A stretch of DNA of 38,525 bases from the NCBI GenBank assembly GCA_030054275.1, contig JASGCF010000001.1, positions 1-38,525 on the forward strand, written 5' to 3'. A program made the translations under genes and the position numbers. Positions 34,102 through 38,525 of the stretch are shown here, one piece after another (the stretch's first letter is position 1; each line of letters starts with the position of its first letter). Under the pieces are notes generated by a model. That model did no database searches and was not told the origin of the DNA. It worked only from the letters and a program-made list of their open reading frames with translations. Source of the stretch: Limnohabitans sp. GTDB lineage: Bacteria; Planctomycetota; Phycisphaerae; Phycisphaerales; SM1A02.

Positions 34102-34869
34102 CTATTTCGTCTCGAAAGTCCCGTCTTCAAGTCTGTACAGGCCGAGCACGAAACCGGCGGTCTCGATCAACTCCACGCGCAACAGCCCGCGAAAGGTCCC
34201 GAACCGCGTGAGATGTAATCCGCGCATCGAGAGTGGCTCGCGCATGGTGATGTCGATCGCGTCGAATGGCGTTGGAGGAACTCCGATGCAGCAGCCATCC
34301 CAGCGATTCAATGTCAAGAGCAAGTTCTTTGCGAACGACACACGTATGGCGCTCGAGTAGTAGCCAGAAATTTCGATGTACGTGCCGTCGAGAAGTCGTA
34401 CCCATGGCGGTGGTGTCTTTGCTCCGCGCGCTGGATCGATGTATTCGGATGCCGATGTGAGTAGCTCCCAAGTGATGACGTATGGGTCGCTGGCGCTTCC
34501 ATTGCCGCGAACCGTAAAGCGATCGTCGAGTACGAGTGTTCGATCGTCGAGACGTCGAACGACATCGGACGGCGCGCGCGAGTCAACCTTCAATGGTCGA
34601 TCAGTGACCAGAATTGCGAGCGGGTCCATCGACGGCGTTGCTGCGAGCGTCGCAGCGGGCGCAACGATCACGCCATCCTCACCAAGCAAGTCGATTTCAG
34701 GTTCAGGTTTCGCAACAAACTCCGCTGGCGACGGCGACGGCGGAGGCGGCTCGACGACACTTTCGCCTTTGATCGGCGCTGCGTGATCGACCACGAGTGC
34801 GCGAGGCGAGAGCACGAACCACGCGCCTGCAAAAACAAGCAGCATGAGCGCGAGCCAAAAAGCGCGCAT
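34102..34869 (-). CDS. DUF3299-like exported protein
   Basis: N-terminal anchor MRAFWLALMLLVFAGAWFVL and a Pro-rich linker. The C-terminal pattern LLDGTYIEISGYY..LLLTLNRWDGCCIGVPPTPFDAIDI matches the G-x-V-x-I-x-G-[FY] ... C-C/I-x-V-PP layout I recall for DUF3299. The start overlaps the upstream stop (TAATG). Confidence 0.55.
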   Translation of the reverse strand: MRAFWLALMLLVFAGAWFVLSPRALVVDHAAPIKGESVVEPPPPSPSPAEFVAKPEPEIDLLGEDGVIVAPAATLAATPSMDPLAILVTDRPLKVDSRAPSDVVRRLDDRTLVLDDRFTVRGNGSASDPYVITWELLTSASEYIDPARGAKTPPPWVRLLDGTYIEISGYYSSAIRVSFAKNLLLTLNRWDGCCIGVPPTPFDAIDITMREPLSMRGLHLTRFGTFRGLLRVELIETAGFVLGLYRLEDGTFETK

Positions 34870-36320
34870 TAGCCGCGTACTCCTCTGAGGAGTGCACGCG
34901 TTGAGGCGCCGAGGTGCGATTCGAGTTCGCGCCCGTGCGACCTACCAAGCGTCGCAGCCAAAATTGCGTCACGCACACATGCCATCGGAAGTTCTTGCTC
35001 AAGGAATGGATCGGGTAGCTCACCGATGAGTACCGGATCAAAGCCGCGTGGTACATCGACGCGTCCATGGGAGCCACGCACCAGTGACGCGTCGAGCGGA
35101 ATGACATCGAGCGTTGTTCGGAACCCGAGCTTGCGCAGAAGCAATTTGCGCATGGCACGACCCTTCGGCCAAACCAGCTTTGGATCGAAGAAGAGTTCAC
35201 ACGGGTCGTAGCCTGGCTTTCGATGAATGTCGACAGTGCGCGCAAAGTCAGGTGCGAGGCGATCGTCTTGCCACCATCCGTAGGCGAACCACCGATCGAC
35301 CGCGCTGACGCAGACAATGTCGCCCGCACGCGCATGCTGAAGGCCGACGGCCGCTCGCGCATCACCAGAAAGTGTGCGTTCAACACCGTCGGTCTTGGCC
35401 AGAATCGACTCGACCGCCGCAAGATCAGCCGAGTCGCGAACAGAAACGTGTGCCACCTGATGGTCGGCGACGGCGAACGCCTTACTGTGTTCGAGGTCGA
35501 GCACCTCCAATCCATCTTCGAGACGCACGGCGAGATAGCCAGCATCGCGCAGCACGCGATTGAGCCAAACTGCATCGCGCACGGGCACGATGCCGTATTC
35601 GCTGACGATGAGCGGACGCACGCCAGCCTTTGCGCATCGGTCGAGCAGAAAACCGACAACGCGATCGATTTCGCGCAGTTCGTCGCGGATCGACGGATGC
35701 GCTGGGCCAACCTTTTGAAGCGCGTAGTCGAGATGCGGCAGATACACGAGTACAAGATCGTGTGCCGCGCGCTCGACAAACTCTGCTGCCGCGAGAGCGA
35801 TCCAATCGGTGGACTCGATGTCCGCAGTCGGACCCCAGAACTTGAACAGCGGAAATCGCCCGAGACGCGCTTGGAGTTCGTCGCGCAAGCCGCTCGGATT
35901 GGTGAGGCAATCAGGGATCTTGCGTCCGTCTGCTTTGTAGATCGGTCGCGGCGTCACCATAGCGTTGGTTGATGCGTGCATCGCATACCACCAGAACGCG
36001 TTGGCGCAGGTAAAGCGTGGATCGATACGTCGTGCTGTCTCCCACACCTTCTCGCCGGTGACCAACCGATTCGACTGCTTCCAAAACTGCACTTCGCCAA
36101 GCGATCGATCGTGCCAACCGTTTCCGACGATGCCATGTTCGCTCGGTGAGAGTCCGGTGAGCATGGTCGACTGAGAGGTGCAGGTCACAGCAGGAAGCGG
36201 TGGGCGAAGCGTGCGCACGCCACCAACCTTGCGCGCAAAGTCGCGGAGGCGAGGTGTTGCGTCGCCGATGAGGTTCGGCGAGAGCGCGACGACATTGAGA
36301 ACGCAGGTGCGTTGAGCCAC
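34869..36320 (-). CDS. Alkaline-phosphatase-superfamily enzyme, nucleotide pyrophosphatase/phosphodiesterase (NPP) type
   Basis: PPLPAVTCTSQSTMLTGLSPSEHGIVGNGW (Thr nucleophile context) and LVLVYLPHLDYALQKVGP. GTG start at 36320. Confidence 0.85.
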   Translation of the reverse strand: MAQRTCVLNVVALSPNLIGDATPRLRDFARKVGGVRTLRPPLPAVTCTSQSTMLTGLSPSEHGIVGNGWHDRSLGEVQFWKQSNRLVTGEKVWETARRIDPRFTCANAFWWYAMHASTNAMVTPRPIYKADGRKIPDCLTNPSGLRDELQARLGRFPLFKFWGPTADIESTDWIALAAAEFVERAAHDLVLVYLPHLDYALQKVGPAHPSIRDELREIDRVVGFLLDRCAKAGVRPLIVSEYGIVPVRDAVWLNRVLRDAGYLAVRLEDGLEVLDLEHSKAFAVADHQVAHVSVRDSADLAAVESILAKTDGVERTLSGDARAAVGLQHARAGDIVCVSAVDRWFAYGWWQDDRLAPDFARTVDIHRKPGYDPCELFFDPKLVWPKGRAMRKLLLRKLGFRTTLDVIPLDASLVRGSHGRVDVPRGFDPVLIGELPDPFLEQELPMACVRDAILAATLGRSHGRELESHLGASTRALLRGVRG

Positions 36321-36404
36321 ATGCGGATGGTACGAACTGAAAGGCTCCGCGCGCGCCGGACAGACGCACGCGGAGCCCGGAGGAGAAAGTCGTCGACTGT
36401 CGAT

Positions 36405-37253
36405 TCACGGGAGCGGCATCGGGGCGAACAGAATCCGAGTTTCGTCGTGGATGCCGTTTCGGAAGACCATGGCGGCGCTGAGGTCCGAATTGAGATAGAC
36501 CTTCCAGTGATCGGTTCCATCGCGGAATCCGAACTCGGTCACGCCGGCGGTCATGGCGTAATGGGCGACTTCGTCGCGTGCACCTTCGATGCGCACACGT
36601 GTTCCCGCTGCAATGCTGCGATCGCTTGGTGCTTCAGCACTGCCGTCGATGGTGAGCGCGAGCGTTGCGTAGCCCGACCAATCGGGAAGTACACGGTCAT
36701 TGGGTGACTCAAACTCGCAGCCAAACCACTGCAGATCGTCTGCGACCTCGCCGGCGACCTTCAGGAAGAACAACTCGTGACACTCAATCTTCGTGATGAA
36801 CCGTTCGCCCGTGTCGACGCGCTCATCCTCGTCGCGACTGGTCGAAGCACGATCGCGGATCCGCTCGATATCCATCGGGTAGTACGGACCAGTGCAATCG
36901 AACTGCAAGTACACACGGTCGGGAAACAGTGGGTTACAGAAGGTGCAGGCTTTGAGTGTGCGTCCTTCGACAGACCAATCGACCGCGCCGCATGGTCGAT
37001 ACCCGTCTGGCAAACTGCTCCATGGCGCATCAAGTAACCGCTTGACGAGTGTGAGACACGCCTCGATACCCATCGAAATGGCGAGTGGACCGACTGTTTG
37101 GCAGGCTGGAGCAGTGGTCATGCATACGACACCAACGGACGCGAGTGCAAGTGCTGCGACGCGCCGATTCGCCCATCGACTCGGGCGCGGTGTGAGACGG
37201 CCTTTGTTGTCGGTTGCATGTTTCGTACCGCCATGTGACATCCTCGCGAACAT
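36405..37253 (-). CDS. Hypothetical secreted protein, possible lipoprotein
   Basis: ANRRVAALALASVGVVCMTTAPAC signal-like N-terminus. Cys-containing body (CTFCNP, FDCTGPYY). No family recognised. Confidence 0.5.
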   Translation of the reverse strand: MFARMSHGGTKHATDNKGRLTPRPSRWANRRVAALALASVGVVCMTTAPACQTVGPLAISMGIEACLTLVKRLLDAPWSSLPDGYRPCGAVDWSVEGRTLKACTFCNPLFPDRVYLQFDCTGPYYPMDIERIRDRASTSRDEDERVDTGERFITKIECHELFFLKVAGEVADDLQWFGCEFESPNDRVLPDWSGYATLALTIDGSAEAPSDRSIAAGTRVRIEGARDEVAHYAMTAGVTEFGFRDGTDHWKVYLNSDLSAAMVFRNGIHDETRILFAPMPLP

Positions 37254-37317
37254 GGTCGCGTCCTTTCCCGGGCTCTCCCGGAGTGCTGGTTGCCCTAGCG
37301 CGGTGCCAAGGCCGATC

Positions 37318-37344
37318 TGCGCATCATGCGCAGCACTTTTTGGC
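37318..37344 (+). terminator. Hairpin plus T-tract oriented for the plus strand, between two minus-strand genes
   Basis: CTGCGCA-TCA-TGCGCAG followed by CACTTTTTGG. On the minus strand the stem is preceded by A5 and has no U-tail. Confidence 0.35.
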
Positions 37345-37379
37345 GACTCAAAAGTTCAGGCACATTTGCGGAGAGATTT

Positions 37380-38510
37380 TCAACTTCCCGCAATCACACG
37401 CTGCCATCGTCGTGTGATGCCGAAGAGGACGGCGCAAACAAGTGCTGCGAGCCAATGCCCGCCGGTGGCAAGCGCCATCGCGTCGACAAGTGCGAGGCAG
37501 GCGATGAGCATCCCGATCGCGTCGGGTGTACGCGCCGGCTCGTGGCGGAGGATCCGCGTGGCACGAAGCGCAGTGAACGCGAGGAAGATTGCGATGATGA
37601 TGGCGGCGCCGGGATTGGCCGAAAGATCCGTGTAGCCGAGATCGCGATCGCGATGAAGGAGCGCTGCCTTTCCCAAGAAGAACACCGCGAGCAGCGCGGC
37701 GACAGCTCCGAACGGAATGAGTGCGCGCCATCGATGGCGGAGGGCGCGACGCTCGCGTTCGATGATGCGCCGCTCTGGCTCGGAGCTGCGATGCCCGCAT
37801 TCGCCGCAACTCGCGAAGCCGCCAACCATCAGTTGCCCGCAGGCAGGGCATGGGTGCGGCGCGTTTGTGTCCCGCGCGAACTGCGCGTCGTCGTCACGCA
37901 GCGCGATCTCGTTCCGCGCGAGGAGCGAAAGTCCAAGCGTCCATGCCGCAAGTGCGATCGGCAGCAGGATGGCGCCGCGAGTGGCGAGCGTGGCGAACTC
38001 GCCTCGAGCAAACGCAAGCATGGGAATCAGCGACGCAAGCGCGCGACAGAGTGCAAGGAGCAGAGTGCTTGCGATCGACTTCGTATGAAAGCGGTCGTAG
38101 ATGACGATTGCGGCGGCAAGAAGCGCAGTCGCGATAACGACCGAAACGCCCGTGCTTGTGACGAACGCAAGCGCGATCGACGCAGCGAGCAGCGCGAAAC
38201 CCACCGCGAATGCAGTGCGCCGCCCGACGCGTCCGCTTGGAATTGGCCGCGCGGGGCGTTCGCGCGCGTCGATCTCGGCGTCAAATGCATCGTTCAAGAT
38301 CATCCCGCCGACATACGCAAGCATCGGGATCACAAGTGGGCCGAGTATCTGCGCGGTATGGAGCGGCGTACTGAACGGATCGACAGGCCCGTCCGGACCT
38401 GGGTGCGAAACGAACCCGCCGAACCAAGTCACGATGCCACGCTCGGCCGCATGCTCGATCGCGAAGGCACACGATCCGATCGTTGCGCCAGCGATCGCAT
38501 TGGAAAGCAC
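37380..38510 (-). CDS. UbiA-family prenyltransferase with a zinc-ribbon insertion after the second Asp-rich motif
   Basis: First motif NDAFDAEIDARERPARPIPSGRV and second motif LRDDDAQFARD, followed by HPCPACGQLMVGGFASCGECGH and an Arg/Glu-rich segment. There are about 9 hydrophobic helices. The start at 38510 is 15 nt from the window edge, so the N-terminus may be incomplete. Confidence 0.8.
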   Translation of the reverse strand: MLSNAIAGATIGSCAFAIEHAAERGIVTWFGGFVSHPGPDGPVDPFSTPLHTAQILGPLVIPMLAYVGGMILNDAFDAEIDARERPARPIPSGRVGRRTAFAVGFALLAASIALAFVTSTGVSVVIATALLAAAIVIYDRFHTKSIASTLLLALCRALASLIPMLAFARGEFATLATRGAILLPIALAAWTLGLSLLARNEIALRDDDAQFARDTNAPHPCPACGQLMVGGFASCGECGHRSSEPERRIIERERRALRHRWRALIPFGAVAALLAVFFLGKAALLHRDRDLGYTDLSANPGAAIIIAIFLAFTALRATRILRHEPARTPDAIGMLIACLALVDAMALATGGHWLAALVCAVLFGITRRWQRVIAGS

Positions 38511-38525
38511 CGTCGGCAGATTTGA

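Noticed and set aside
1-38525. Mobile elements, prophage, defence systems and toxin-antitoxin pairs
   Set aside because: I saw no transposase, integrase, recombinase, phage structural, restriction-modification, Cas or TA-like translation in any frame, and no long terminal inverted repeats. The only decay signature is the frameshifted FkbM gene.

Overview
High-GC (about 60% by eye) bacterial chromosomal window, tightly packed with about 32 protein-coding genes, most on the minus strand. I found no rRNA, tRNA, CRISPR array, transposase or integrase. A PEP-CTERM protein, a LamG protein with dockerin-like EF-hand repeats, a TIGR02999-type ECF sigma factor coupled to a Ser/Thr kinase, and a scattered flgM together suggest Planctomycetota, possibly Phycisphaerae-like; this is inference only. 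Recognisable housekeeping genes: lpdA, a DEAD-box helicase, dapB, a 7Fe ferredoxin, holB, scpB, atpC and a tRNA-dihydrouridine synthase. Envelope and regulatory genes: a hybrid histidine kinase, an M16 peptidase homologue, a PDZ protein, a paired amidohydrolase module, flgM, an outer-membrane beta-barrel, two sigma factors, a Ser/Thr kinase, an NPP-type phosphodiesterase, a DUF3299-like protein and a UbiA prenyltransferase. The track reports the longest ORF from any ATG/GTG/TTG, so many starts were trimmed by hand. Long Arg/Ala-rich antisense ORFs are GC-driven shadows. I see no clear-cut novel system such as a defence island. Most worth following up: (1) the co-directional block 31366-38510, which runs UbiA with a zinc-ribbon insertion, secreted hypothetical, NPP phosphodiesterase, DUF3299, atypical sigma factor, LamG/dockerin protein carrying an in-frame membrane-anchor-like leader that overlaps the sigma stop, and a frameshifted FkbM methyltransferase; (2) an unannotated 31-aa Lys/Ala-repeat mini-protein with its own promoter-like element, Shine-Dalgarno (SD) sequence and terminator; (3) a convergent spacer filled by five perfect hairpins; (4) an amidohydrolase pair where only one of three modules keeps the HxH motif; (5) tandem repeats that duplicate stop codons at two gene ends.
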